Shown here piece by piece: positions 10,680 to 24,586 of a stretch of DNA of 64,000 nt (position 1 is the stretch's first letter; each line of letters opens with the position of its first letter). Both the position numbers and the translations under genes were made by a program. A model generated the notes under the pieces. The model searched no databases. It had not been told where the DNA came from and worked only from the letters and a program-made list of their open reading frames with translations. The DNA is from the human T2T-CHM13v2.0 reference genome, Homo sapiens. The stretch is taken from NCBI RefSeq assembly GCF_009914755.1, contig NC_060944.1; one strand, written 5' to 3'.

Positions 10680-13600
10680 CTGTGGAGAGGGAAGTAGGGT
10701 GAGAAGGGAGCAGCCACCCTGCCTGGCATCTGGGAGGTGTACCTTCCTTGGCACTGTCATAACCTATGGCCTAGTGCCCACTGTGAGTTGGGCACTGAAG
10801 TCCGTGGCTCTGGTCCATCTCCCTGATGGCTCTATCCCTAGTGCTTAGAATGGGCCTGCGGGCGACAGGGTTCTCAGAGAATCCTCAGGGTGATCTTGCA
10901 AGGATCCGGTTTTAGGTGAGGAAGAGGCGGCCTTGGGGCAAAGGAACTCCTAAGATCTGCCTCTCCTCAGTGTGGTGAGCAGAGCTTGGGAATGGCAAAT
11001 ACTACTTCCATTGAGGAACTGTGGGACAAGTGCTAAAAGAAAGCCTCTGCCAGTGTGCCTAAAGGAGCAGCACCCATCTGTGTGCTCTTCCCCAGCCCAG
11101 ACACCGAGGCTGGAAGGGGAGATGGTGTGCAGGAGACTCTGCAGGTAGGCAGGGGCCCAACACACCTGAGAGATGCGTGTGGGGAAAGCCCAGGAGGAGC
11201 TGAGAGTCGAGCCACAAAAGGCCAGGAGAAGAAACATCTGTGTGCCCAGACAAGAAAGGGGCTTCTGTCCAGCTGGAGAGAGGCCAGCTGCCCTGGTTGT
11301 CTGGGGGGAGAGGTACAGGCCAGACTGGCCAGGCCATAACTGCACCCCCAGGAGGGACCATGGCAGCCAGTGGATGGAGGAAGGGGCTGGGTGTGTGAAG
11401 CCTCTTTCTGCTAAGCCTCAAGCACCTCGAATCCCCCCTCCTGGGAGGAGTCCTGTGCCTGAGTGAGGTGGAGGGTTCATGCTGCTAGGATACGAGGGAG
11501 TGTGGGCCGGAACCATCAGGACAAGACTCAGACTCGCTTCTGGAGAAACTGCCCGCCCTTTGTCCTCGGATGATGGCAAAGAGGGAGCCTGCCATCTTTT
11601 AAAACACACTAGGGGTGTGCGTGTTGGGGAGGGGACCGCCAGGCCCTGTCCTCTCTTGGCCTTTCCCAAGAAGCTCCTGGCTTTGGAGTCAGGCAAGTGT
11701 GGATTCAAGTCCTGCTCTGCTACTTCATTGGCAAATTCTTTAACTTCTCTGGGCCTCAGAGCCCTCATCTGCCAAAACTAGGCGGCTCCTGCGAGCAGAA
11801 GCTGAGATGCCGGCTGTGAAACACTCAGCACAGGCTGAGGCTCCTTCTCAGCCCACAGGAGGCCTGACTGCCTAGACTGGCCCAATAGGGAAGGGCTTCC
11901 AAAGAGGTTTCAGGGCTTTCTGAATGGGCTCCAAGGAGACCTGGAAGCTCCTGGAATTTGAAAAGCATTCTACAAGGTGTTCGGCAAGAAACAGCCAAAG
12001 AAGAGAGAATCTGGGCAGGTGCAGGCAGAGCTGCCGCTTCCCTGGGAAGCCTTCTCTGATGCAGCCAGGTCAGCTTCTCTGTTGTCTGCCCTCCCCCTGG
12101 AGTCCCTTCCCCACAGCTTTATCTTCCACGGGGGTGTGAGGCTCCCCCAGCTACCCTGAAAGTTCTGATGGTCACATTCTCTCATGATTGCATCTCCATG
12201 GCAGTTTTTATGCTGCTATGAAGAGAGATGGACAAGCTCTTGTCACGGGAGGTATCCAGACTGGAAGTAACATCTTGGGATAAACTATGGAAACCTGACT
12301 GCTGCTAAAAGGAAGCTGGTGCAGCCCCCAAATGGGGAAGGAAGCTGGAGTCTAAGATGGGACAGTTTGTCACATGGGGTTATTTCCTCTCCGGCCAGAG
12401 AATGTGGACACCAAGGAGGAGGTCCTAGGAACTATTTTCTAAATAGCGTCCTTGGAATTGAGAGTTAAGGAAACAGTTGAGTCTGTTAAAATCAAACACA
12501 GGGGGAAGGGGTTGGGGCTGTGTCTGGAAACAGCAGCCAAACAGGTGACTGACTCCCAGGGTGTTGTCACAATGCGGGACTGAGAAGCTTGGAACAGGAG
12601 TGCCTCTGCTAACTTCTGGATATTGCAGGGGATGGACCCAGAGGGATGCGGGGGAAGAGGGTCTGGTTCTCTCTAGGGTGGTTCTGGTCCCCTCGGCGTC
12701 ATGCTTGGGAGTGGCCAGAGCCTCCTGGCATAGTCAACATGAGCAGTGGTCCGGGTTCCTTTCTTTTCTCCTCTCCCCAAGTGCTATCCTGTTCATGCCT
12801 GTGCTCAGAGCTTCCTCCCTTCTCTCCTGGGCTGTAGCTGAGGCTTGGAAAGGAGAAGGTCCCTGTTTCCTGCAGCTGATCTGATCTGGAGACACCCCCG
12901 TGTAGACTCTGGTTACAGCCAGATGCTCAGGTTGCCGAGGGACTGCCGTATGGTGGGTAGAGGGATAGGAGTGAGCATGAGTTACCCAGCACCCCAGGCA
13001 AGACAGGCCGAGCCTGATTCTATCTAAGCTGATTTGCATCTCCAGATGACAACATAATGAGCAAAGTGAGGAGCTCTGAGCCATTAATACGGCTGCCCGG
13101 CTGAGGTACCAAACTGATTGAACAATACTTGAAAGGCTGAGGCTGGGGAGGCCAGTGGGGCTGGGTGGCCCTGCAACCACGTGGCTGCCTGTTGTCTTCC
13201 TTCAACTGCTGGAGGATTTAAACAATGTTCTTCAAATGAGGTACTAGTGCTCAAGGACAGGGGCTGCCCCAGGCAAGGAGGTAAATGACCAGATTTCTGC
13301 GTCAGTGGCCTCCCCACCCACCATGAAGGAACCAGGGTATTCACAGATGGGAGACTGAGACCCCAGGATGCACAAGGGCAGAGCCAGCTGCCTCCCTGGA
13401 AGAATCATTCTCTGGCTGCTGTTTGTGCCTCTTGGGCAGGTGTGAACGGGCAGGCATGAAGCAGGCTCAGCCCTAATATGAGAGGCCCTTAGGAGGGTCA
13501 GGGGGACTTGGCAGCCGCAGCCCTGAAATAGGTCATGCTGGGTGGACACCAGGTAGAGGCTTGTCACCATCGCCTGCTGCTAGGAGGGAGCAGGCCCCAG

Positions 13601-15098
13601 ACCACCCTCACCTCACCTGCTGAGCCCCAGACCCCCATGTGTAGGGGGGGCAGGGCTTTTCTTCCTGGAATGAAAGGAGCCCGCCTAGGACAGCCACTCC
13701 ACCTCTCACCGTGCTGGCCACTCCGGCCTTAGCTTCAGGGATTAGGGCCAGGCGGCCTCTTATTTTAGGTTAAGAGGCATTAGGAAGGGATGAGGAGTTA
13801 AGCCCAGGCAGGAATCTTCCAGGGACCTGCATACACTTCCTGGTTCTGGGGGGTGGCGGGGGTCAAGGCGAGTGGAGGCAGCCTGGGCTTCCTGCCATGG
13901 GTGGGGACTAGCTCCCTCCCTTGCTGCCCAGGAACAGTGAGGGGTCTCCTGCAGCCAAGGATGGGGGCTTAGGGAATCCTCAGGCATGTTTAGCCAAGAC
14001 CTTGCACCAGGGTTCCCCAGCTTACAGGTGGCACCTTTCTCCAACCTACTCAGGTTCCTCAATTCTTCCCTTCATTCCCTGGCTTCTGAACGACCCCCAA
14101 AGCACATGGCTTCTGCCTCTTGCTCTGCCCATTCAAACCTTCTTACAGGGGCAGACAGAATGACACAGACCACACAATTCACGGCCCTTCTGTGCTTAAA
14201 ACCTAGCAGGGGCTCCTCCTGCACACAGAACACAACCCGAGTGCCTGGCCCAAGAGGTCCTGTGACCCACCAGGCTGACCCCACTCCTCCCCTGCTTCCC
14301 TTGGCCTCACAGTAAAGGGGTCTGAGGTTCCCCATTCCAGTTCGTGCTCACGGCAGCACCTGACTCCATGAGGAAGCCTCTGTCTCTTCGGGGGCTGTCT
14401 CCTCTAATGGTCTGTGCCCCATCTGCGCAGAGTAGCCTGGGGAGTTACCGGAAAAGCACCTACTGAATCACCCAGCTACAGGAGCGGAGCGAGGGAGCAG
14501 GTGTGCACCATCACCCCAGGTGTCTCAGATGTAGGCTCCATGAATGCAGGGGCAAGAACGGAGGCCCAGCACCCAGGTGAGGAAAGCTTTCACCTCACAA
14601 GGCAGGCCCTGAGCTGAGGCCTGGGGAGGGAGCCGCCCTGCAGGCCAGCGGGGCCACAGCTGGGCCAGGCCAGCAGCTGTCTCACTGAGCCTCAGTCGCT
14701 ATGGGTGAGACAGACGGGGCTGCGGAGATTCAACTCAGGCCAAGAACGGGCCCTTGGCTGGGACTCGGCACCCACAGGGACCCTGGGGGAGTGGAACCAG
14801 TGAGAGGCGCCGGTAGTGAAGGTGGGAAGTGTTGGAGCAAGCGTCACTGGCGGTGAGAAGGGGGCGGTAGGTTTTTGCTTTAACCAACTGAGTCTCCTTC
14901 ACCTTCCAATCTAAGGACCAGCTAAGACGATGAAGTGGAAGGGTGCCAGAGCCGCCCCTCCTGCTCCCTATGCTGTGAGGCAGCCCCTTTCCATCACTGG
15001 CCTCTGCTTCCCTCTCCCCATTCCGCTGCCCAGGGCTGCTCTGCAGACCCAGCTGGGTGCTGGTCGGGAAGCCAGAGCCCAGGCCTCCCCCGACTCAC

Positions 15099-15300
15099 CA
15101 TTACTGTGGTTTCCTGTTTGGAGGGAGGCAGGGGGCTGCAGGTTGCTGCTCAAGGCCCCGTACCCGCGGTAACTGTAGTTGAGGCCGCCGTTGGCGTACA
15201 CAGGGTCCTGGGAGTAGGAGGAGGCTGGCAGTGAGTAGGTGGAGTGGGTGATGGCTGCGGAGTCCCGCGAGTGCTGCTTGTCCAGGGCTATGGGCTCATC
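15099..15300 (-). CDS. NOL4L: NOL4L coding exon DEPIALDK...QTGNHSN(G)
   Basis: Acceptor cctctgcag, donor G|gtgagt, 202 nt, in frame. Confidence 0.95.
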
Positions 15301-15746
15301 CTGCAGAGGGGAGAGGGGGGCGCTGGGGAAACCAAGGGGCAGCTGGCCCCAACTACCATCCCTGGACACAAGGTGGATAAATGCTGCGGCCCCAGGACTC
15401 CTGGGACCCAATGCTGCGGTTTGACCTGTGGGATTCTGTCTGTCCCCTCCCCCAGCCACCTTCCCCCCGGGGGCTTTCCCCAACTCTGCTCATCTCCCTG
15501 TCAGCGTATTTGATCAGGGCCCTCTGGTCTCCAGATGAAGTCCAGGCTTCCGTATGAGGTCTGAGGAGCTCTGAGAACAACACACCTGACCTCCACCCAC
15601 CTCCTCTCCTTGTCTTTGCCCTCCTGTTCCCCCTCTGCCCTTCTCCCGACTGTACCCATCACAGCTCCCTCAGTCCACACCCATATAAGGCCTGCCCTCC
15701 CTGGCTGCCCAGGAGCGGCCCCTGTAGTGGCTGCGGTGGCAGGTAC

Positions 15747-15869
15747 CTGTGAGGACTGGTAGATCTCTAGACGCATCCGCTTGGCTGCCTTTCTTGTCTC
15801 GCTCTCACAGGCAGCTGCCAGGATGTTTTCTGCCATGGCCGAGGTCAGATGGGGTGGCGTGGGTCTGGT
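15747..15869 (-). CDS. NOL4L: NOL4L coding exon TRPTPPHL...RLEIYQSSQ
   Basis: Acceptor ctgcctgcag, donor CAG|gtacct, 123 nt. Confidence 0.95.
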
Positions 15870-16166
15870 CTGCAGGCAGAACGGGGATGGAGCTAGCATG
15901 GGGCCCGTGGGGGCCCTGGGCTTGTGCAGAGACCCTGCCCCAGGGGTGGGTGGCACAGGGTGGGGTTTGGGCTCCAGCGCCTCAGTCTATGGAGCTGTGT
16001 GATCTTTCTGGGCCTTAGTTCCCTCATTTGCAAACCAGGGATTATGGTACTTGCTTCCAGGGCTCCTGGGAAGACCCTGGGTGAAGGGGCCCGGGCATCC
16101 TGGGAGTGTGGCAGGAGGTCAGTAGTGGCACCGAGGGAAAGTGTGGGCCAGGCAGGGGGGACTCAC

Positions 16167-16358
16167 CATCTCCATGCCGTTCTTCTTCATGCGACGGCAG
16201 GACTTGAGGTACGTGCGGATGCGCTTGCGGGCCCGCTCCTGGAACTCAGGGAACTGCCGGCTGCAGGACTCGATGATGGCCTGGATCTTCTCCTTGGGCT
16301 GCTTGGAGATGGGCACCATGCGGTCCAGGTTCTCGTCCACAAAGAGACGCACAAACAT
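16167..16358 (-). CDS. NOL4L: NOL4L coding exon [29 protein letters not shown]...KNGMEM (conserved NOL4-family core)
   Basis: Acceptor tctccacag, donor ATG|gtgagt, 192 nt. Basic [18 protein letters not shown] segment. Confidence 0.96.
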
Positions 16359-16438
16359 CTGTGGAGACACGGGCCATGGGAAGGGCTGGCCCTGGCCTTG
16401 CCCCCATCCCACCCCACCTGTTTCCGGCCGGTGCTCAC

Positions 16439-16624
16439 GTTGAAGGCCTTAAGACGCTCAGGGTCCATGCCTTCAGAGTCGTTCATCTTGTCATTGTCCT
16501 CATGGTCATCGTGGTCATCGTCGTCATCATCTGCCGTCGGGGCCCGGCCCACTGTCAGGTCCTCAGGGCAGCCGCTGACCTCGGTCTTGATGGAATCGTA
16601 GCTCCCAGAGCTGTAGGGGGGGGA
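16439..16624 (-). CDS. NOL4L: NOL4L coding exon SPPYSSGSY...[12 protein letters not shown]...ERLKAFN
   Basis: Acceptor ccttttag, donor AAC|gtgagc, 186 nt, acidic tract. Confidence 0.95.
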
Positions 16625-18980
16625 CTAAAAGGAGGGCAAGAGGCAGAGGGTTGGGCCAAGCAGCTGCTCAAGCCCTTGCTGGGTCTCCTACAGGCGGTGA
16701 GCTTGGGGACCAGGGTGGCACGCATGCCCTGCTGCCACGAGAGCCATAGCTGCGAGGCCCTGAGCAAGTCACTCCCCTCTTCTGCTCCCTTCATCTGTGC
16801 AATGGGGACAGCAATGCTACCACCTCCCTCCCTGGGCTGCCGCAGGGAGGACCGACTGCAATAGTGTATGCAGAGACCTGGTTCCCGGGGCTGCTGAGCG
16901 CTTAGGAGGGTGTCAGCTGTTTCCTCAGCAGAGGCCAACACCAGGACCTGCCACGTGTACAGGGGAAAGGCAGACATGGAAAGGACTCCCACCACCCGCC
17001 AGCCTCCTCTCGTGCCAAGATATATTTTGGCTTCGGGGTTTTCCTCCCTGATCCCCAAGGGGCTGCAACCCCAAGTTGACAACCGAGCTGTCACCAAAGC
17101 AACGAGCATGCTGTCTGTCGGGAGGAGGAACAGATGCGCTGGGCGAGGTAGCCAGCCAGGGCGACAGGTCCGTTCAGCAGGATGCGTTCCCGCAGCTCCT
17201 GAGCTGGACTTCTCCTGTCTGCCCCCCATCCAGGACAGCACAGTGGCCCCTTGAGAATATGCGGGTAGAAAGGGAGAGGGAACCGGATCCGGCCTCCCCC
17301 AGCAGTCTCCTGTCCTCCAGTAGAGAAGGGCTCCAGCCCTCTGCTCCCACCACGAGTTTCTCCCTGGCCAAGCCCCTCAACCATCTCTCCTTAGGAGCAG
17401 CTCCCTCTTTTCCCCCATGCCCCTCCATCTTCTCATCCTTCATGGCTCAGCTCCCACACCACCTGTCTCCTGCCCCTGCCTCGGGGCACCGCTCTGGGAC
17501 GGCTGAGGACCACTGTTGCCTTTCGGAAAGTTTGTGCCTTCGATGTGTCCTAAGTACTCGTTCAGATCGTGACTGACAGTAGCCTGGGGACACTGTCCCT
17601 GCCCTCAAGGAGGTTGGCATCTAGCAGGTAAGGCAGGCTCAGGGAACAGGTGGCGGTATGGTCAGACCCTGTGATGTGGCAGCATGGCCATGGCACAGCC
17701 CGGAAGGGAACAGCACTCACTGAGGAGCAAATCCAGGAAGAAGGGCATTGCCTGGCACCTGGTCCCACAGCACGGCCCCCGCCAGGCCTCTCTCCCTGGG
17801 ACCAGGCCCGCAGGGGTTGGTGCCCTAGGGTCACTGGCCTGGTGCCTGTCTCTTCGTCCACATACAGACTTGGATAGGGGCAGGATGCCGAGGGCCCCCG
17901 CTGGCTACCATAACTGGCCGTGTGGCCCCAGGCAAGCCACATTCCCACGCCACTCCTCAGCCAAACCCTGAGCCAGGGCCAGGGCAGACAGATGGAGAAA
18001 AAACTAAGATAGGAGCTGCTGGTGGCGTTCCTGCTCTCATCTCACTTCCCTGGGCCCCCCATGTACCCTGTGGCCACAGTGGCAATGGCTGCTGAACACA
18101 ACTCACCCCCTTCATGGAACAGCAGCTATGCCTGTCCCTTGGACCCAGGCAAAGCCTGCTCTGGCCAGAACCTGCTCCCAGCCACCTGTGCTAGACACAT
18201 AGCAACAACTCAGCACTGAGCCCATGGTACAGAATGTCCCCACGAGACATTCCAAATGAGGCAGGCAGTAGCACCTACTCCACTCTCTCTGCAGAAGAGA
18301 AAACAGGCCCAGAGAGGGAGAAGAGCCTGTCCAGAGGTGTAAGCTCCAGGAAGGCACCTCTGGCCCCCGGGCCCAGGTTGGAGAAGAGGCACTACTACAG
18401 GAAACCTTAGTGGCCCGGAGGCAGCTTGTGGAAGTGTGGGGGAGGCCCCAGGAAGCAGGGGGGATGCCCACTGGTAGGGGTACGTACTGTGCCCACCCTT
18501 ACCACCGTCCATCAGCCTAGTCAAAGGAGGAGTTCCACTGCCCACATCCCTGGGCCCTCGCCCTTTTTTCGCACGACCTATAAAATGGGGACAGGCACGC
18601 AGACAAACCAGGCAGTGGGAGGCCTCGTACCTGGCTGTGCCGAAAGTGGCCACTTGCTGTTATCCCCAGCAGATGCTGTTCTGGGGGAGGGGGATGGGTT
18701 GTGGGGATGCATATCCACCTACCACCTCTACCAAGGCAGGGGCCGTCAGCTCCACTTCACAGGCTCGGAGAAGGGGGCCTGGCTTGGGGGCACACTCCAA
18801 GCCATCTCCCATTCCAGAGCTTCACCAGGAACCGAACACATACCAGCCACAGCCACCACCCTGGCTCGGTGTCACACACATGGGCTGGCTCCAGCTAAGC
18901 TCTGGGCGTATACAATTTCATTCTCGCCTCGCGACAGCCCTTTACAGAAAGAAATGGACTCAGCCCCCAGCCCCACACAC

Positions 18981-19258
18981 CTCGGGGGTGGTCTTCACCC
19001 CGTATTTGACGCGGCTCCGCAGCCCGTCGGCACCGCAGCCATCCGAGGGGTAGGAGGCTGTGCCAAGTGCCGTGGCCGGCGGGAGCTTGTCACACAGGTT
19101 GATGGGCTGATCCTCGGCGGCCGTGGTGAAGTCCATGGGGGCCACGGCGCCGTTGCCATTCATCTCGGGGAAGGCAGGGTCGCCCTGCGTGCTGCTCGAC
19201 GTGGATGGGTTCAGGGTGGAGGAGCCATTGCCGCTGCCACTCTCAGAGGAGGAGTCAT
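18981..19258 (-). CDS. NOL4L: NOL4L coding exon (D)DSSSESGSG...KYGVKTTPE
   Basis: Acceptor ctcattccag, donor GAG|gtgtgt, 278 nt, phase 1 to 0. Confidence 0.95.
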
Positions 19259-19849
19259 CTGGAATGAGAGGCCTGGGTGTGAGGCCCCACCCAAGGCACT
19301 GTGGCCACTGCAGCCACCTCGGAGTATCCCACCCTGTGTCCTCCTCATGAGTGTCCCTGGGTTGGGGTGAGTGCTGCTACCCCACCTCAGAGGCAATTTG
19401 CCCCAGCCCACAGCCTCAGCTGAGGCAGCCACAGGGTCCCCTCTGCCAGAACAGAGGGGCCATCAGGAGGGGTGTGGCCAGGCAGGGCTGTGCAGGGCAT
19501 GGAGGGTCTTCCTGCACCCCAAACTCGCAAGCGTTATGTCCAGGCTTAAGGGAGACCGAGCTCCAAGGGTTTGGGAGTGAGTGGCCTGTCAGAGGGCCCT
19601 GGAGGCCCTCGAAGCCCGGCCAGGCTCTCCCTTCTCCCCAGCTCCCAGGACCGCACCTCCCACCCACCCTGCTCCTGCTGCCGGGCACTGCCTTGCAGCT
19701 TCGAGCTCTCAGAGCCCCTGCCCACGGTGGGCCCTCAAATGTCTCCTTCCTCTGCCGGAAGCAGGAAGGATGGCTCTACTGTGACCTCCAGCCATTCACT
19801 CCCTCCTGTAAGCAAGCCCAGCCCTGGCAGCCTAGGCACAGGCACGGTG

Positions 19850-20720
19850 GCCCCCGAATCTGCGCTCCGTGCAGGCCCCACGGCCTGGGACGTGCAAAGC
19901 CGGGGCTGCAAGGTCTGGGGTCTGCACGCGGCCCCCGAGTGGGCCTGCCCGGCGTCTCAGGGTGGGCAGCCCCGGCAAAGCACTGCGAGGGCGCCCCCTG
20001 CCGCAAAGAGCGCGGCACCGCCAGCCTGCGGGCGCGGGGGAGGAAACTTTAACCAGGGGACCAGACAGTTCCAGATACATTCCAGGCCTCTCTGCCCACC
20101 CAGCCCCAGCCCCAGCCCCGGCCTCCTGCTTGCTCAGCTGAGACGGCAGAGGCTGAAGCTGCACGGGAACTCCCGGGGTCACTGTCAGGTGAGCACCCGC
20201 GAGGGTCCCGGGGAGGTACGGGTGACCCTGGCGGCTCCACACCTGCACCCAGAGTGGGTGGGGGAGGGGTGGTCACAGCGGGCCCTGCCGCCCCTTCCCC
20301 CAGGCCAGGGTCACGCCGGACCCCACCCCCACCCTCCCAGCCGGCAGATTATGAAGATTTAGTCCCCGGTGCTGGGCACTGGGCACGCGCACCTCCAGAG
20401 CGTCCCCATGGCGACCGAGCGGCTCTAGCGCCCCAACCAATTGCTGGCCTCCCGGCTGCCCGGGGGCGGGTCCAGGCTGCCCATCATGCAGCCAGGCCGG
20501 GCAGAGGGGGATGGGAGGCCACGGCGGCGCAGTGCACCCCTCCCCCTCGGCTGCAGCAGGTCCCCTGGGCCAGGCGTCCTGTCCTCCTTCGGGCAGCCTA
20601 GCTCCACCACTCCCTCCATCCTCCCGCAGGGCAGCTCCGGGCTCTGCTCAAAGCCCGCCCATAGCTGCCCCTCACTGGCTGCATCCTCGGAGTCCCGGCC
20701 CGCGCTGGCTGTCCCCGGGA
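19850..20720. promoter_or_regulatory. Intragenic CpG-rich segment with a CTCF-like motif (19991-20004) and a CCAAT box
   Basis: Locally high CpG density. gcgccccctgccgc reads GCGGCAGGGGGCGC on the - strand. Confidence 0.55.
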
Positions 20721-22109
20721 CCCCACAGCCTACTCGCGCCCAGTCTGGAGCCAACACATTCCCCAGCATTTTTACTGAGCACCTACTGAGTGCTGGCCTG
20801 GAAACAAAGTAATGACTGCAACCAAGGTGCCAGACCTCCTGGGGGACAGATGTGCCTTACTCAGCCTCGTGGGTAACAGGGAAGGTGAATTGTGAGAATG
20901 GGGGTGCCCACTTTCCTCCACCCGGGAACCAGACCAGCTCCTCATGCAGCTCCCACTGGCTGCTCTCCAGCGCCCAGGCCACCCACATCCCACCTGTGAG
21001 AGCCAGGCCTAATCCTCACTCCCCTGTCCCATGCTTTCCTGTAGCTGAGTAAGAGTCCGGCCCACAGCCACTGGCACTCTCAGTCCTGTGACCTCTGCAG
21101 TCCCCCAGCCCAGCCTCACTATCCTGTGCTGGAGCTCTGCAATCTGCCTGCCATGACACCTCCAGCTGAGCAGATGGCAGCCAGCCTTCAAGGTCTGGTT
21201 CCACACTGCCACTTCAGGCTGGCACTTTTCTCCACTGTCCCTAGGAAGGAGGCACTCACGCCTCCAACCCCAGCTTGCTGCCCGGCCCTGCCAGGGATCC
21301 TCATGCTCCCTTCCCCTGGCCCAGGGTCATCGTGAGGGCCATCTGCCCCACCAGGACAGACCCTGTCACCAGAGAAGCCCCTGCACCTGAGGTCCAGGAG
21401 CCTCCACGGGGGACAGGGATGACACCCATACTGGCTGGTTACCCACGCTCCCATGAGCTGCAGGGGGCCCATCCTTCACCCACCTTGCAGGTGCGACTTC
21501 ACATACCGACACCACCCTCACAGGCCACTTGCTTGACCTTGGAGGGCCTTAGATTCCTCCTCTGGAATGAGGGGCTGCTCCTCAGTGGGCATCGTGCCTG
21601 GCACACAGTGAGCAAGTGGTCACTGCCTTCATCACAGGCACCAGGCCCAAGGCTGGCTGCAGTGCCACACCCTACATAGGCCCAGAAGTGACATCCCATC
21701 ATCCCACCACCCACCTCCCAATCAGGTTTTCCCGAGAAGATGGACTTGCCCTCCGCCACTGTGAGCTCCAGAGACACGCTGCTCAGGGTGCTCCTGGAGC
21801 CTCTACCAGGTCAGATGCCCGGCACGGGGGCCCAGACTCTCCAGCTACCAAGACCTTTGCCTCGGGGCTGTGCCCCCGGCTGCCTGGCTGGGGATCGACA
21901 GGCACTAGTGCCGGGGCAGAACCTCCCCTAACTGCACTCAGATGCCACCCTGGTCTGGCCAGGGAAGTGGTTGGGCGGGTAAGACCCGTAAGGCACCAGG
22001 TGCTAGGACCTCGTATGGCCAAGTGTTCCAAGCTGTTAGAAGAAACTGGAAATCTGCACCATTATGTAAACAGATTTTAAAATATTGGCGACTCAGTTAC
22101 ATGGTTTAC

Positions 22110-22697
<588 letters not shown>

Positions 22698-22719
22698 CAT
22701 TATTTATATTTTTAAAAAC

Positions 22720-23075
22720 TTCGACAAGTAAATGGGTACACAAATGTGGTCTATTCATACGATGGAATAGTATCCAGCCATGAAAATGAATGAAGTTTGG
22801 ATAAGCGCTGCAATGTGGATGATAAAAACACGAGGCTGTGGGAAACAGGCCAGACGGACAAGGATACTCAGTGATTCCACTTCTACGCAGCATCTGGAAC
22901 AGGCAAATTCACAGAGACAGAAGGTACAGTGAGGCTCCACGGGCTGGGAATGGGCAGTTAGTACTTAAAGGGTGCAGAGTTTCTGTTGGGGGATGAACAA
23001 GCTGTGGAAATAACAGTGCTTCTGGAGTGTACACTTAAAAATGGCAAATTTTATGTCACACATTTTACCACACAC
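22720..23075 (+). mobile_element. L1M (L1MB-like) 3' end remnant
   Basis: L1MB 3'UTR-like motifs (aaatgtggtctattcatacgatggaat; ggcaaattcacagagacagaagg; gtacacttaaaaatgg). Confidence 0.75.
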
Positions 23076-24009
23076 ACAGAACCCAGACCAAAAACAGCCC
23101 CTTTGCCCTAGTTTATAGGCTCTATCTGCCATTATCTCATTTTCTCATGCCGCACACACAGAGCCTACTCAGAGGGACAACATGGATCGCGAAAGCCTGC
23201 CTTCCCCAGTGACACCAAGGTCTCGCCTACCCCCAGCTCCGCTCAGGCAGCCCCGGCATGCCAGCCCCCACCCCACACAGCTGCCCCCGCGCCACATGCT
23301 CTGGGGGCTGCCTGCAACCTGAGGCCCATGTTTTGCCGACTGGGGAGGCCACAGGTTTGAGCCGCGGAGTGGCTGGAAGAGGCTACTCCACCTTCTGGAG
23401 CCTCCGTTTCCTTTCAGAGTGGGTCCCACAGCCGTAAAACACGGTTCTAAGGTGAGGATGGTGCCCGAGATGGGGCAGGAGCTCAAAAGGAAACCCCAAT
23501 TCCCTGCACCCCACATTTTCTCACATCATAACTCACCCACTGCCGACGCACGAGGCTCCCAGACTGCAACGGGGGCTTCTGGGGATCCCGGAGCCCAGCC
23601 TGTGACAGTCTGAGGTGGGCCCAGTGAGAGGGCCACTGTGGGGATGGGGGCAACTGCCACCCTCGGAGCTCATGCTCCAGCAGCGACAAATCAAACCTGA
23701 GGGCTCCAGAGGAGACGGGGCTCTGAAGGGGTGTCACCAGCTTTCTGGCCCCTGAGCCATGGTGTCTCCCCTACTCTCGGCGACTCCTGCTCGCCCTTCT
23801 GTGCTAACCCGAGCACCACCACCTCAGGGAAGCCCTCCCTACCTGCCCCGATCTCCATCGTGGCACCGGCTGTGGGCCACGGCTCTGCAGAAGCCATCCC
23901 AGGGACGGTGGGGCGAGGGCTGAAGCCTCATGAACCAACAGGGGCAGAGGTGCTGCTCGGGGTGGGGTTGGTCCAGCCTGTCCCTCGGCCCCACAAGCAG
24001 TGGATTTGA

Positions 24010-24580
<571 letters not shown>

Positions 24581-24586
24581 CCCTCT

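Noticed and set aside
15924-19370. Long + strand ORFs (15924-16601, 18426-19370)
   Set aside because: Antisense shadows of NOL4L exons in GC-rich DNA, with no independent coding evidence.
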